Made by a program: the position numbers and the translations under genes
The notes under the pieces: generated by a model
The model's database searches: none
What the model was told of the DNA's origin: nothing
What the model saw: the letters and a program-made list of their open reading frames with translations, nothing else
Assembly: GCA_002840555.1 (NCBI GenBank)
Contig: PHBJ01000005.1
Location: 174,045 to 238,044 of the forward strand
Reading direction: 5' to 3'
Source: Deltaproteobacteria bacterium HGW-Deltaproteobacteria-13
Lineage (GTDB): Bacteria > Desulfobacterota > Syntrophia > Syntrophales > Smithellaceae
Length of the DNA stretch: 64,000 nucleotides
Part shown: positions 1 through 9,616 of the stretch, in pieces
How positions within the stretch are numbered: the stretch's first letter is position 1
How the letters are laid out: every line of letters begins with the position of its first letter

Positions 1-109
1 TCCAAAAGTCAGCGGGAGCAGACGGCCTTTCGTAGAACTCATCGCGATTAGCCGCGAGAACCAATCTGTATGAAGGATGAACATTGTAAGCAAATACGAT
101 CAGGCACAT
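1..109 (-). CDS. NRDE family (TANGO2-like) protein, N-terminal fragment that continues past the window start
   Basis: Absent from the ORF track because it runs off the edge. Minus-strand ATG at 109-107. Translation [36 protein letters not shown] has an N-terminal Met-Cys and a literal NRDE motif. An AAGGGGA SD-like run lies upstream. Confidence 0.6.
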   Translation of the reverse strand, partial: MCLIVFAYNVHPSYRLVLAANRDEFYERPSAPADFW

Positions 110-133
110 GGCATTTCTTCTTTTTCCCCTTAC

Positions 134-168
134 TTTTCACCCTTCACGCTTCACCATTCACTATTCAC
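134..168. repeat. Heptamer tandem array, 5 units of NNTTCAC (GTGAANN on the minus strand)
   Basis: Read directly: ttttcac ccttcac gcttcac cattcac tattcac. Shares an identical 19-mer, ttcaccattcactattcac, with 47646-47664. Confidence 0.85.
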
Positions 169-931
169 GAATTATTGACTTAAGCTTTTCCATGACTTTC
201 GTCATGACATCCCCTGCCGGAGCGTTTATCAATACATCGGCGATATCATTCTGCCCCGTGTCTCCCATATTAATGATAACGATATTCGCACCGGAACGTC
301 TTGCATATAGAGGCATATAAGCGGCGGGATAAACGACCAGTGAAGAACCAATCACAATAAACAAATCGCATTCCTGGGATTCCCGCTCGGCCATCCTCAA
401 AGTATCAGGAGGAAGCATTTCGCCGAAAAAAACAACATCGGGTTTCAGAATACCCCGGCATCTTTCGCATACAGGAAAATGATCAGGTGACGGATGCTTT
501 TGTCTCATAATTTCTAAATCATAACGCTCCCCGCAACCAAGACAAACCAGCCACTCCATATTGCCGTGCAATTCGTGGACTTTTTTCGGATCGTTGCCTG
601 CTCGCTGGTGCAGATTATCAATGTTCTGCGTAATGACGGCACTTAGCTTGTTCATTTTTTCCAGTTCGGCTACCGCCAAATGCGCCCGATTGGGTTTGGC
701 ATTGGCCATCAATCCGCCTTCCACAAGGTAGTACCATACCTTTGTGCGCGTTTCACTGGAATGTAAAAACCTTTCAATGGTGAAATCTTCGGGATCGACT
801 TTGGTCCAGAGGCCATCGGGTCCGCGGAAATCCGGAATACCGGATTCCGTGCTGATGCCGGCGCCGGTAAAAACGACTAAACGTTTCGACGCCGCGATCA
901 TTTGGGCGACTTTATTTATTTTTGTTTCCAT
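161..931 (-). CDS. cobB: Sir2-family NAD-dependent protein deacylase
   Basis: GAGISTESGIPDFRG NAD-binding motif, catalytic His in HELHGN, and a CxxC...CxxC zinc ribbon (CLGCG, CERC). Confidence 0.9.
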   Translation of the reverse strand: METKINKVAQMIAASKRLVVFTGAGISTESGIPDFRGPDGLWTKVDPEDFTIERFLHSSETRTKVWYYLVEGGLMANAKPNRAHLAVAELEKMNKLSAVITQNIDNLHQRAGNDPKKVHELHGNMEWLVCLGCGERYDLEIMRQKHPSPDHFPVCERCRGILKPDVVFFGEMLPPDTLRMAERESQECDLFIVIGSSLVVYPAAYMPLYARRSGANIVIINMGDTGQNDIADVLINAPAGDVMTKVMEKLKSIIRE

Positions 932-1010
932 AAACCAGCTACTTTCTCTTTCTTTGATATTGAAAGCTTAAGATACACCATGTTTATTAAAAATCAAAAG
1001 AGAAAAATCT

Positions 1011-1111
1011 GATCCCCTCCTTTTTTAAAGGAGGGTCAGGGTGGATTTTGAAAAGAATCAAATCCCCCTGAATCCCCCTTTACAAAAGAGGGAAGCCCAA
1101 AAGAGGGGAAT
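1011..1111. repeat. GC-rich palindromic intergenic repeat (CCCTCC...GGAGGGTCAGGG type)
   Basis: ccctccttt/aaaggaggg 9-bp stem followed by gtcagggtgg, then an imperfect ccccctttacaaaagaggg hairpin. Related to 61248-61340. Confidence 0.6.
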
Positions 1112-1218
1112 GAAAAAAGATAGCACTTCTTTTTGATATTAAAAGGTGAAGCATAGACATGACGGTCTTGTGTCCATAAAAATGGCCGCCCTGTCTGAAA
1201 CTCCATACGCAACAAAAA

Positions 1219-3045
1219 CTAATATAATTTTTCTATTTCCTTTAAATAAACTTTCTGAGCCTCGTTGCGCTTGAGTTTCATGGTCTGGGTAACCAATCCG
1301 TTTTCCAAAGTGAAATCTTCGCTGATAAATATATATCGCTGGGGGATCTCATATCCGCCGTACGATTTTTTTAGATGTCGTTTAATCTCTTCGGATAGAA
1401 AATCCTGAACGTTTTTATTCTTCACGACTTCCTCCGGGGAGCCCTGCGCCCATTTTGAGATTCGGTCATCTTTTTTCATCGTCTCAAAATCCGGAACGAT
1501 GATCGCGATGTTGTATTCTCTGCCTTCGCCCCAGACAAAGGCATTGGCAATGTTGTGGATGAGTTTGATGTCGGTTTCAATGGATTCCGGGTGAATATAT
1601 TTACCGTTGGACAGTTTGTATTCGTCTTTAAATCTGCCCGTGATATAAAGATATCCGTCCGCAGTCAGGCGGCCCTGATCACCGGTGCGTATTCCGGGAA
1701 ATCCGTTCCAATTATCTTCCATCATAATTTCCGCGGTCTGCTCGGGCTTATTGTGATATCCCATCATCACATGAGCACCGTAAACGATAATTTCTCCTTC
1801 ATCGCTATCGCCTCCTGTGCGGGATTTGTCAATGACCACATGCATATTTTCCACGCATTTCCCGACGGATCCGTACCGGTTTCCCAGAAGCGGAGAATTC
1901 ATGGTGATGGCGGGCGACGTTTCGGTTAATCCGTACGCGTCGTAAGTGGGTATGCCGAGATCGGCAAAGAACATGGCTATCTCGGGATTCATGACCGCGC
2001 TGGCTGTCAAAACGCCTGAGAGGCGGCCGCCGAATCTTTCCCTGATTTTTGAAAACACGATTTTATCAAGTATTTTAAGTTTCAACGATTTATTTGATCG
2101 GCCTCTGCATTTTTTCGCTTCCTGACATGTCATATCGAAAAGCATTTTTGTGATTCCGCCCTCTTGGTGCATTTTGGCCTGAATCCCGTCGTAGATCTTG
2201 TTGAAAACCTTGGGGACCGCGATGAGGTAAGTGGGATGGACTTTAAGAAAATCTTCGGCCAGTGTGTTGACCGATTCCATTAACGCAATGGCTCCGCCGA
2301 ACTGCATCAAATTGTGCAGCTCCGCGCTCAGGCCGTAACTGTGCGCCCAGGGAAGGATGGCCAGAGAAACGGAATTTTCATTAAGATCGGGAAATATGTG
2401 ATAACCGGATTGAGAGCATGCGGACAGGTTGCCGTGAGACAGAAGAACGCCCTTGGGTTCTCCGGTCGTTCCGGATGTATAGATCAATTCCGCCGGCTCC
2501 GACCAATGAGGCTTATACGATTTAACCGGATTTTTCTTTCCGGCTTCCTCCAGCGCCTTGAGGCTGTTTCCGCCTTCTCCATAGATGATGAAAATTTCCT
2601 GTAAACTTTCTATTTCATTTTTGAAATGTTGTATCTGTTCGAAAATTTTTTCATCCCTGACAAAAAGATATTTGATGCCGCTGTCTTTGATGATGTATTG
2701 CCAGGTTCTCATCAATTCTTTTTCGTACATGGGCACAAAGATTGCGCCCAGTCCGTGCGCCGCGTTTTCCAGGACATACCATTCAACGGAATTGCCGATG
2801 ATCACTCCCACGGCATCACCCTTATTGATGCCCAGCTGGTGAATACCGCTTCTGGCGTTATTTATTCTTTCGGCAAGCAGTTTGTAGGTTATCCATTCGT
2901 ACTGCCTGGTTTGAAGATTTTTTGTTCCAATGGCGTTTCGATCAGCCCATTTAGCCGCCGTGTCTTCAAACAAGTCTACGAGATTTCGCGGATGCTTGTA
3001 ATATTTATCCAGCTCTTCAATTTGCTTTGCTGTGTATTTGATCAT
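1219..3045 (-). CDS. Long-chain fatty acid-CoA ligase (AMP-forming)
   Basis: AMP-binding motifs IYTSGTTGEPKGV and YGLTET. 608 aa. Paralog of 23489-25321. Confidence 0.85.
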   Translation of the reverse strand: MIKYTAKQIEELDKYYKHPRNLVDLFEDTAAKWADRNAIGTKNLQTRQYEWITYKLLAERINNARSGIHQLGINKGDAVGVIIGNSVEWYVLENAAHGLGAIFVPMYEKELMRTWQYIIKDSGIKYLFVRDEKIFEQIQHFKNEIESLQEIFIIYGEGGNSLKALEEAGKKNPVKSYKPHWSEPAELIYTSGTTGEPKGVLLSHGNLSACSQSGYHIFPDLNENSVSLAILPWAHSYGLSAELHNLMQFGGAIALMESVNTLAEDFLKVHPTYLIAVPKVFNKIYDGIQAKMHQEGGITKMLFDMTCQEAKKCRGRSNKSLKLKILDKIVFSKIRERFGGRLSGVLTASAVMNPEIAMFFADLGIPTYDAYGLTETSPAITMNSPLLGNRYGSVGKCVENMHVVIDKSRTGGDSDEGEIIVYGAHVMMGYHNKPEQTAEIMMEDNWNGFPGIRTGDQGRLTADGYLYITGRFKDEYKLSNGKYIHPESIETDIKLIHNIANAFVWGEGREYNIAIIVPDFETMKKDDRISKWAQGSPEEVVKNKNVQDFLSEEIKRHLKKSYGGYEIPQRYIFISEDFTLENGLVTQTMKLKRNEAQKVYLKEIEKLY

Positions 3046-3194
3046 AATACTTCTCCTTATGTTATATTATCGACCTTTTTCAGAAAAATATCCATAACAT
3101 TATACAAAAAGCAAAATCGTTTTTCTATAATAATTTCAATGGAATAACGCGTATTTTTGGGCTTGGAGGAAAGAGGAATGAAGGGGATTTGGCA

Positions 3195-3968
3195 CTAGAA
3201 CAGTTTTTCTGCCGCTTTCTTAACAGCTTTTTGGGATTTTTCCTGACCTCCTGTTTTGATTTTCCCGCGAATATCCTTCAGCGCCTTTTCGTAGATATCC
3301 AGCATTTTGCCGGTTTCAGGATTTCGTGTGATAATATCAACGTAAAGTTCTGGACTTTCCGTGAAAACTTTTCTGATAATATCGAGTTTTGTCCGGAAAA
3401 TCGGCGTGGAAAATTTGTTTATTTCCGCAAGGGTAATATTCGTCTGCGCCAGCGCCATTCCCAGGGAAATTGTATTGAGATGATTGAGCGCCTGAACAAT
3501 TGCCATCATTTTATCGTGCTTCCCGGAAGCGGATTCCAGAACAATCAGTTTATTTTTTTTAAAGACGCCTTTGAGCCAGCCAAGCCACTTTTTTCCGCGC
3601 GCCGGACATAAAATAACGTTTTGCCCGGAAGCATCCTTTAACTGCGGTCCGAAAAGCGGATGGCAGCCGATGACTTCAGCTCTGGAATTAGCCAGCATCA
3701 GTTTGACCGGTTCTTTTTTGAGCGATGTCAAATCCATTAAAAGCTGGTCTGTGGAAAGCAATGGACCAACCTGCCTGATGACATCAGCGGTGGCGGAAAT
3801 GGGCACGGCCACAACGATAACATCACTGAGTCTTGCCAAATCATTAATTTGCAGTTTTGTTTTTCTGCCGCTGACATGAACGATGCAGCCTTCTTTTTTC
3901 AGCAGACCGGCAAACCAATGCCCCATGCCTTTCGTGCCGCCGACGATGCCCACTTTAATTTTTTTCAT
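3195..3968 (-). CDS. tyrA: Prephenate dehydrogenase
   Basis: Rossmann motif VGIVGGTKGMGHWF and a prephenate dehydrogenase-like core. The ORF-track start at 4058 is trimmed to ATG 3968, which forms an ATGA overlap with the aroC stop. Confidence 0.75.
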   Translation of the reverse strand: MKKIKVGIVGGTKGMGHWFAGLLKKEGCIVHVSGRKTKLQINDLARLSDVIVVAVPISATADVIRQVGPLLSTDQLLMDLTSLKKEPVKLMLANSRAEVIGCHPLFGPQLKDASGQNVILCPARGKKWLGWLKGVFKKNKLIVLESASGKHDKMMAIVQALNHLNTISLGMALAQTNITLAEINKFSTPIFRTKLDIIRKVFTESPELYVDIITRNPETGKMLDIYEKALKDIRGKIKTGGQEKSQKAVKKAAEKLF

Positions 3969-5041
3969 CCGCATATCGCCACTTGTCGAAGTAAATGATC
4001 CGCCAGAACAATGTTTACCATGGCTTCGCAGACCGGCACGATCCTGGGCAGAACGCAAATATCATGTCTTCCCTGGATTTCAATGATCCGCTCTTTCCCC
4101 TGGGTATCGATCGTCTGCAGCTGCTTCGCTATTGAGGGAATAGGTTTGCAGTAAGCCCGAAGCACAATTTGTTCACCGCTTGTTATGCCCGCAAGTATTC
4201 CTCCGGCATGATTTGTTTTAAATCCTTTTTTATCCATCTGATCGTTAGCCTGAGATCCCTGGAGGCCGGCCAGAGTAAATCCATCGCCCACTTCCACCGC
4301 CTTCACAGAACCGATGCTCATTAGAGCTTTGGCCAAATCCGCGTCTATTTTGTCGAAAACCGGCTCGCCTAAACCTGCGGGACAACCCCGGACAATAATT
4401 TCCACTACCCCGCCCAGCGAATCTCCTTTTTTACGGACTGCCGCAATCTTCTTCTCCATTAAAATCGCCGCCTTTGGATCGGGGCAGAACAGAGGATTGT
4501 CATACACGGATTTTCGCATGCTCCGGCCCGAAGGCATTTTGCCGCGGTCAATCTCGATTGAGCCGATGGCCTGTGTGTAGGCGATGACATCGATACCCAG
4601 GCGCGCGATAACCTTCGCGGCAATGGCTCCTGCGGCAACACGGGCGGCGGTTTCTCTGCCGGAGGCGCGTCCCCCGCCACGCCAGTCGCGAATATCGTAT
4701 TTTTGCAGATAGGTAAAATCTCCCTGTCCGGGGCGGAACACATCCTTTAATTCATCGTAAGAGGAAGATTTCGCGTCAACATTTTTTATAATCAGGGAAA
4801 CCGGCGTGCCGGTGGTTTTTCCCTCGAAAACACCGGAAAGAATTTCGACCTTGTCACTCTCCTGCCTCGTCGTTGAGGAAACCGCCGTCGAAGGTTTTCT
4901 GGCGTCGAGAGCCTTTTGAATATCAGCTTCATGGAGAGCCAACCCCGGAGGACAACCGTCAACAACCGCTCCCAGAGCTTTCCCGTGTGACTCTCCCCAG
5001 GTTGTAACGCGAAAAATACTACCTATAGTATTGCCTGCCAT
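3965..5041 (-). CDS. aroC: Chorismate synthase
   Basis: N-terminus MAGNTIGSIFRVTTWGESHGKALG closely matches the canonical AroC N-terminus. Confidence 0.95.
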   Translation of the reverse strand: MAGNTIGSIFRVTTWGESHGKALGAVVDGCPPGLALHEADIQKALDARKPSTAVSSTTRQESDKVEILSGVFEGKTTGTPVSLIIKNVDAKSSSYDELKDVFRPGQGDFTYLQKYDIRDWRGGGRASGRETAARVAAGAIAAKVIARLGIDVIAYTQAIGSIEIDRGKMPSGRSMRKSVYDNPLFCPDPKAAILMEKKIAAVRKKGDSLGGVVEIIVRGCPAGLGEPVFDKIDADLAKALMSIGSVKAVEVGDGFTLAGLQGSQANDQMDKKGFKTNHAGGILAGITSGEQIVLRAYCKPIPSIAKQLQTIDTQGKERIIEIQGRHDICVLPRIVPVCEAMVNIVLADHLLRQVAICG

Positions 5042-5052
5042 ATCTACCCCTT

Positions 5053-5173
5053 ATCATTTCTAAATCAAAGCGCTATCTTTGTTAGCGTCGTCGTCAGCTT
5101 CCTCAACGTATGTACAATACGCCTCGTCGCTTCCTCCTAGCTGCCTCGATATCATCTTTGATTTAGAAACGAT
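5053..5173. repeat. Inverted-repeat intergenic element (termini TTTCTAAATCAAAG / CTTTGATTTAGAAA)
   Basis: Arms at 5057-5070 and 5156-5169 match 14/14. The element fills the only sizeable gap in the aro operon. A half-copy lies at 16373-16425. Confidence 0.7.
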
Positions 5174-5174
5174 A

Positions 5175-5720
5175 TTAGTTTATATTATTCTTATCCAAAT
5201 TTCCCGATTTAAGCAAATATTGATAAATCTCTGCCGCTACCTGATCGGCATTTTTGTCCGTCGTATCCACGATATAATCCGCGGCTTTATCGTATAAAGG
5301 AAGTCGCAGTTTCATAATATCCGTCGTTTCCTGAACAAGGTCTCCTGACGTAAACTGCGGACGGATTGACTCATTCAGAGCATCTTTCCTGAGCCGTTCA
5401 ATAATATCATGAAGCGGAGCGTTGATCCATATAATTACGCCCGCCTGCTTTAATAAATCTACATTTTCCGAGGACAAAATCACGCCGCCGCCGGTGGCAA
5501 TAACGCAATCGCCTTTTTGTGTCAGAAATTTTACAGCCTCTGTTTCCCTGGCGCGGAAAAAATCCCAGCCGTTTTTTGCCACAATTTCCTTAACCGGCAT
5601 CGCCATCATTTTTTCCACCATCACATCGGTATCCCAGAAATTTATATTCAGTTTTGCAGAAAGAATCCTGCCCACTGTCGACTTTCCTGTTGCCCGATAG
5701 CCAATCAGGACAACCTTCAT
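5175..5720 (-). CDS. aroK: Shikimate kinase
   Basis: P-loop GYRATGKST. Start trimmed to ATG 5720, which forms an ATGA overlap with the aroA stop. Confidence 0.85.
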   Translation of the reverse strand: MKVVLIGYRATGKSTVGRILSAKLNINFWDTDVMVEKMMAMPVKEIVAKNGWDFFRARETEAVKFLTQKGDCVIATGGGVILSSENVDLLKQAGVIIWINAPLHDIIERLRKDALNESIRPQFTSGDLVQETTDIMKLRLPLYDKAADYIVDTTDKNADQVAAEIYQYLLKSGNLDKNNIN

Positions 5721-6970
5721 ATCTTCCTCACTTCCTCCCAAAACGCCGGGAATGATTTATCAACGCATTTTTTATTGCTGATTTCAATACCATTGACAAC
5801 CAGAGACGCAATGGCAAAGCTCATGGCCATCCGGTGGTCGTTATAAGTCTCTATTTTTGCCGGCCGCATTTTTCCGCCCTGAATGACAAGGCCATCCCCC
5901 ATCTCCCGCGCTTCAATGCCGGCGCGATTCAGTTCCGCAACCATTGCGGCCAGTCGGTTGCTTTCCTTTATTCTTAAATGGGCCACGTTGTCGATAATTG
6001 TTTGTCCCCGGCGAAAAGCCGACAGCACCGCTAAAGTAGGCACCATATCCGGCATATCGTTGAGATCGAAAGTTAAATCGCCTTCCACCAGATTATTTCC
6101 GGTAACCTCTATCCAATTTTCTTCCGATCTTATCTTGCAGCCCAGCTCCTCCAGAACATCGAGCAGACGGATATCTCCCTGTTTGCTTTGCCTATTAATT
6201 CCGGCAACGCGGATTGTTTTTTTCAAAAGCGCGGCGGCCAGGAAAAAATAAGACGCGCTGGAAGCATCCCCTTCTACATGGTATTCACGCCCCTGATAAA
6301 TTTCCCCGGCAGCCACATGATATTCATATTTTCCTGTTTGGCTGATTTTCGCGCCGAAATCACGCATCACGTTAATCGTCAAATCAATATAAGGCGTGGA
6401 AACAACTCCGCCCTGCAAAGTTAAATCCATCCCCTGGAGCGTGTAAGGCGCGCACAAAAGCAGAGCCGATACGTATTGCGAGCTCTCGATATCCCGCAGA
6501 GTTATCTTTCCTCCTGTCAAGCCATCGGCGTTAATTTCCACCGGAGGACAATTGTTTGAACAGGAAATACCGGCGCCCATTTTTCTCAACGCTTCCGCCA
6601 AAGCCCCCACGGGTCTTTCACAGAGACGCTTTTCGCCGGTTAAAACATATTTGCCTTTGCCCAGGCACGTAAGCGCCGTAAGAAATCGCAGCGCTGTGCC
6701 ATTATTTCCCAGAAATAATTCTTCGCCGCTGTTTGCTATTTTACCTGATGTTCCGCAAACAATAAATCCCTCTTTCGAGGGATAAATTTTCGCTCCCAGC
6801 AACCGCAAGCCTTCAATCAAATAATGCGTGTCCTGGGAAAAAAGCACATTACTGATCAGGGAATTATTCTGCGCAAGAGCAGCGGCCACCAGAGCCCGCT
6901 GACTCAGACTTTTAGAGCCGGGGACTGAAACAGCAGCCGATACTTCCTTAAAATGAGCATCATGGTTCAC
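5717..6970 (-). CDS. aroA: 3-phosphoshikimate 1-carboxyvinyltransferase (EPSP synthase)
   Basis: 417 aa. KSLSQR and LGNNGTALRFL motifs typical of EPSP synthase. Confidence 0.9.
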   Translation of the reverse strand: MNHDAHFKEVSAAVSVPGSKSLSQRALVAAALAQNNSLISNVLFSQDTHYLIEGLRLLGAKIYPSKEGFIVCGTSGKIANSGEELFLGNNGTALRFLTALTCLGKGKYVLTGEKRLCERPVGALAEALRKMGAGISCSNNCPPVEINADGLTGGKITLRDIESSQYVSALLLCAPYTLQGMDLTLQGGVVSTPYIDLTINVMRDFGAKISQTGKYEYHVAAGEIYQGREYHVEGDASSASYFFLAAALLKKTIRVAGINRQSKQGDIRLLDVLEELGCKIRSEENWIEVTGNNLVEGDLTFDLNDMPDMVPTLAVLSAFRRGQTIIDNVAHLRIKESNRLAAMVAELNRAGIEAREMGDGLVIQGGKMRPAKIETYNDHRMAMSFAIASLVVNGIEISNKKCVDKSFPAFWEEVRKI

Positions 6971-8537
6971 TTTGAATTAACCTCGCTAATATTACTTTTT
7001 TCATCAGAGCACGGGGCGGTTCTTTTCCCGTCCAAAGCCGGAGTTGTTCCGCTCCCTGATTCACAAACATATCCAGCCCGGATAAAATTTTACAGCCCTG
7101 TTTTTCGGCATCCGCGAGCAACTTTGTCTTCAACGGATTGTAAATAACATCCATCACATAGGGATATCCGGCAAGCGCCCGGATTTTCACCGGCGATTTA
7201 TCCTGATGAGGATACATGCCCACAGATGTTGTGTTGATCAGGCAGTCCGCCTTAATTTTGCCGATTTCAGAAAGCGAATAAAAAGGACAATTTAATTTGT
7301 CCGCAAGAACCTTTCCTTTTTCCACGGTGCGATTGGCAATGACCGGTAATCCGCCCTCCTTCATTATTCCGTAAGCCGCCGCCCGCGCCGTTCCGCCCGC
7401 GCCAACGATGACAAAAGTTTTATTTTCAACCGTCATGGCTTTTTTAAGCGTAAGAATCAATCCCAGCCAGTCGGTATTGCAGCCCCTCAGACGGCCATGA
7501 TTGTTGATAATCGTGTTTACCGCTCCGATTTCCAGCGCGTCAGCGTCAATATCATCCAAATATTTCATAACGGCGACTTTAAAGGGAATGGTAACGCTGG
7601 CGCCCCGGATGTTCATCGCCCTCATGCTCTGCAAAGCTTCGCCCGGATCGTCAACACAGAAAGCATTGTAACTTCCTTCAATCCCCATCTTTTTCAGGGC
7701 TTCGTTGTGCATCAATGGCGAGAGACTCTGCCTTACCGGATTGCCCAGCAAAACATAATTTTGCGGCGAATCCCCGGACGGGCATAAAACCTGCTCCAGA
7801 GGCGCAGTCCGTTGTCTTTGAAGCAACGCATTAATTTGTCTCATCTCTCCGACTGTAAATTGTCCGGGCGCGGATTGTTCTTTCAGATCCAGCGCGGCAA
7901 AGCTCAAATAATTGCCCATCGACGGCGCTACGGCGCGGCTGATGACACCCTTGTCTCCCATGCACAATGAAATTATTTTTTGAGAACGCTTCCGCGCATA
8001 GGAAATCAAACCCATCGTCTTCATATTATCTTCGACCTTTTGAGCCATGGTGACTATTTTCACAATGGCCGGTTTGGCCTTCGCGCACTGATTAAATATT
8101 TCTTCCAGTTTATCAAGTTCCGGAGTTTCTTTAAGATTGTGGTAAGAAACAATGATCCCGGTTTGGCCGCCATGTTTTGCGCAGAAAGATTTAAGCGTCT
8201 TAATCACTGCTTGCCCTTCGGCAAGTTCGATATCAATAAAATCCGCGCCCAGTTCGATGGCCTCTTTGAGCAGTGCTATTTTCCTGTCTATTGAATTTCC
8301 CACGGCGTTTTTGACGCGCCTCGCCTTCCCGGCCCGGGCAGCCTCTTCTTTTTTCCTGCAGGTGACAATTATTTTGATCGAAGCGGATCTGTCACGGGCG
8401 GCGGAAATTAATTGGGCAAGATTTCCCCTCCCGATTAAATCCATTCTCAATTCGATAAAATCGGCGAGCCGGCAGCTTTTTTCTATGGCACGCAAAGCTT
8501 CTTTATTCGTGCCGGATGTGATGGGAATACAAATCAT
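6960..8537 (-). CDS. aroDE: Bifunctional type I 3-dehydroquinate dehydratase / shikimate 5-dehydrogenase fusion
   Basis: The N-terminal ~230 aa resembles a type I DHQase. The C-terminal half carries the AroE NTD motif (GCNTDWLG) and Rossmann motif VGAGGTARAA. Confidence 0.85.
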   Translation of the reverse strand: MICIPITSGTNKEALRAIEKSCRLADFIELRMDLIGRGNLAQLISAARDRSASIKIIVTCRKKEEAARAGKARRVKNAVGNSIDRKIALLKEAIELGADFIDIELAEGQAVIKTLKSFCAKHGGQTGIIVSYHNLKETPELDKLEEIFNQCAKAKPAIVKIVTMAQKVEDNMKTMGLISYARKRSQKIISLCMGDKGVISRAVAPSMGNYLSFAALDLKEQSAPGQFTVGEMRQINALLQRQRTAPLEQVLCPSGDSPQNYVLLGNPVRQSLSPLMHNEALKKMGIEGSYNAFCVDDPGEALQSMRAMNIRGASVTIPFKVAVMKYLDDIDADALEIGAVNTIINNHGRLRGCNTDWLGLILTLKKAMTVENKTFVIVGAGGTARAAAYGIMKEGGLPVIANRTVEKGKVLADKLNCPFYSLSEIGKIKADCLINTTSVGMYPHQDKSPVKIRALAGYPYVMDVIYNPLKTKLLADAEKQGCKILSGLDMFVNQGAEQLRLWTGKEPPRALMKKVILARLIQSEP

Positions 8538-9616
8538 AACGTGCCTTCATTTTTCGGGTACGAACCCAGTATCTTCAGAAAAGTAGTTTTTTTCTTCAAT
8601 TCCCGCAAACAATTTTTCACATCTTTATCAGTGATGTGGCCGATCATATCCACAAAAAAGCTGTACTCCCATAATTTCTCTTTTACGGGATGCGATTCTA
8701 TTTTTGCCAGATTAATTTTCCGCCGGGCAAAAGATGACAGCGCGCTGTGGAGAGATCCCGGAGAATGAGGCGTGGCAAAAATCAGGGACGTCTTATCATT
8801 GCCCGAAGCCTCGCTTTCGCCCCTGCCAATCACCAGAAAACGCGTCATATTGGAAGAATTATCCTCAATGCCTTCGGCCAGCAGGCTCAGACCGTAAATT
8901 TTACCGGCAAGAGAGCTGCCTATCGCGGCTTCATTTTTCTTTCCCCGCACCATTTGCACCGCGGCCGCGGTGCTTTCCGTTTCATTTAAAACGCAATTGG
9001 GCAAATTCGTTCTGAGCCATACCTGGCACTGAGCCAAAGCCTGCGGATGAGAATAAATTTTTTTAATATCCTTCATATTTTTAGCCGAAGAAATCAGGCA
9101 CTGGCTGATCCGCAGATAAATTTCCGCCCTGATTTTCAGGGTTGTTGTAATCAGCCTGTCCAGTGTTGTATTGACTGATCCTTCCAGAGAATTCTCCACG
9201 GGGACAACGCCCCAATCTATGGAGCCCTTTTCCACCTCGTCAAAAACGCGGGAAATTCCGGTTTGCGGGAAAAAGCGGCTGGACTCGCCGAAATGCAGCC
9301 GGGACGCCAAGTGGGAAAACGAAGCTTCCGGCCCCAGAAAAGCGATTGTCGTCGGCCTTTGCAAATCGCGCGACGCCGAAATAACTTCCCGGAAAATAGC
9401 CGTCAACGCTTTTTGCGGCAACGGACCGGGATTAAGATCCTGCAAATAACCGTGAACCTTCGCTTCCTGGGCGGGATCATATACCTGGATCCCGCCTTCT
9501 CCCTTAACCTTGCCTATCTCGACGGATATCCGCGACCGTTCATTTAAAAGCCGGATAATTTCCTTGTCCTTCCCCTTCATTTTCTCCCTTAAAATTTCCA
9601 GTCTTCGCGGCTTCAT
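8534..9616 (-). CDS. pheA: Chorismate mutase / prephenate dehydratase (P-protein)
   Basis: N-terminal chorismate-mutase helix pattern, PDT motif IAFLGPEASFSH, and a C-terminal ACT-like region. ATGA overlaps with both neighbours. Confidence 0.9.
   Translation of the reverse strand: MKPRRLEILREKMKGKDKEIIRLLNERSRISVEIGKVKGEGGIQVYDPAQEAKVHGYLQDLNPGPLPQKALTAIFREVISASRDLQRPTTIAFLGPEASFSHLASRLHFGESSRFFPQTGISRVFDEVEKGSIDWGVVPVENSLEGSVNTTLDRLITTTLKIRAEIYLRISQCLISSAKNMKDIKKIYSHPQALAQCQVWLRTNLPNCVLNETESTAAAVQMVRGKKNEAAIGSSLAGKIYGLSLLAEGIEDNSSNMTRFLVIGRGESEASGNDKTSLIFATPHSPGSLHSALSSFARRKINLAKIESHPVKEKLWEYSFFVDMIGHITDKDVKNCLRELKKKTTFLKILGSYPKNEGTL

Noticed and set aside
3969-4058. N-terminal extensions given by the ORF track for tyrA (4058), aroK (5741), the DAHP synthase (11797), the ABC-F (20067), the small membrane protein (22176), thiM (29119), the dehydratase (48573), the thioesterase (49004) and others.
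   Set aside because: The extensions overlap the upstream gene and lack an RBS. Internal ATGs with an SD sequence or ATGA coupling give N-termini that match family expectations.
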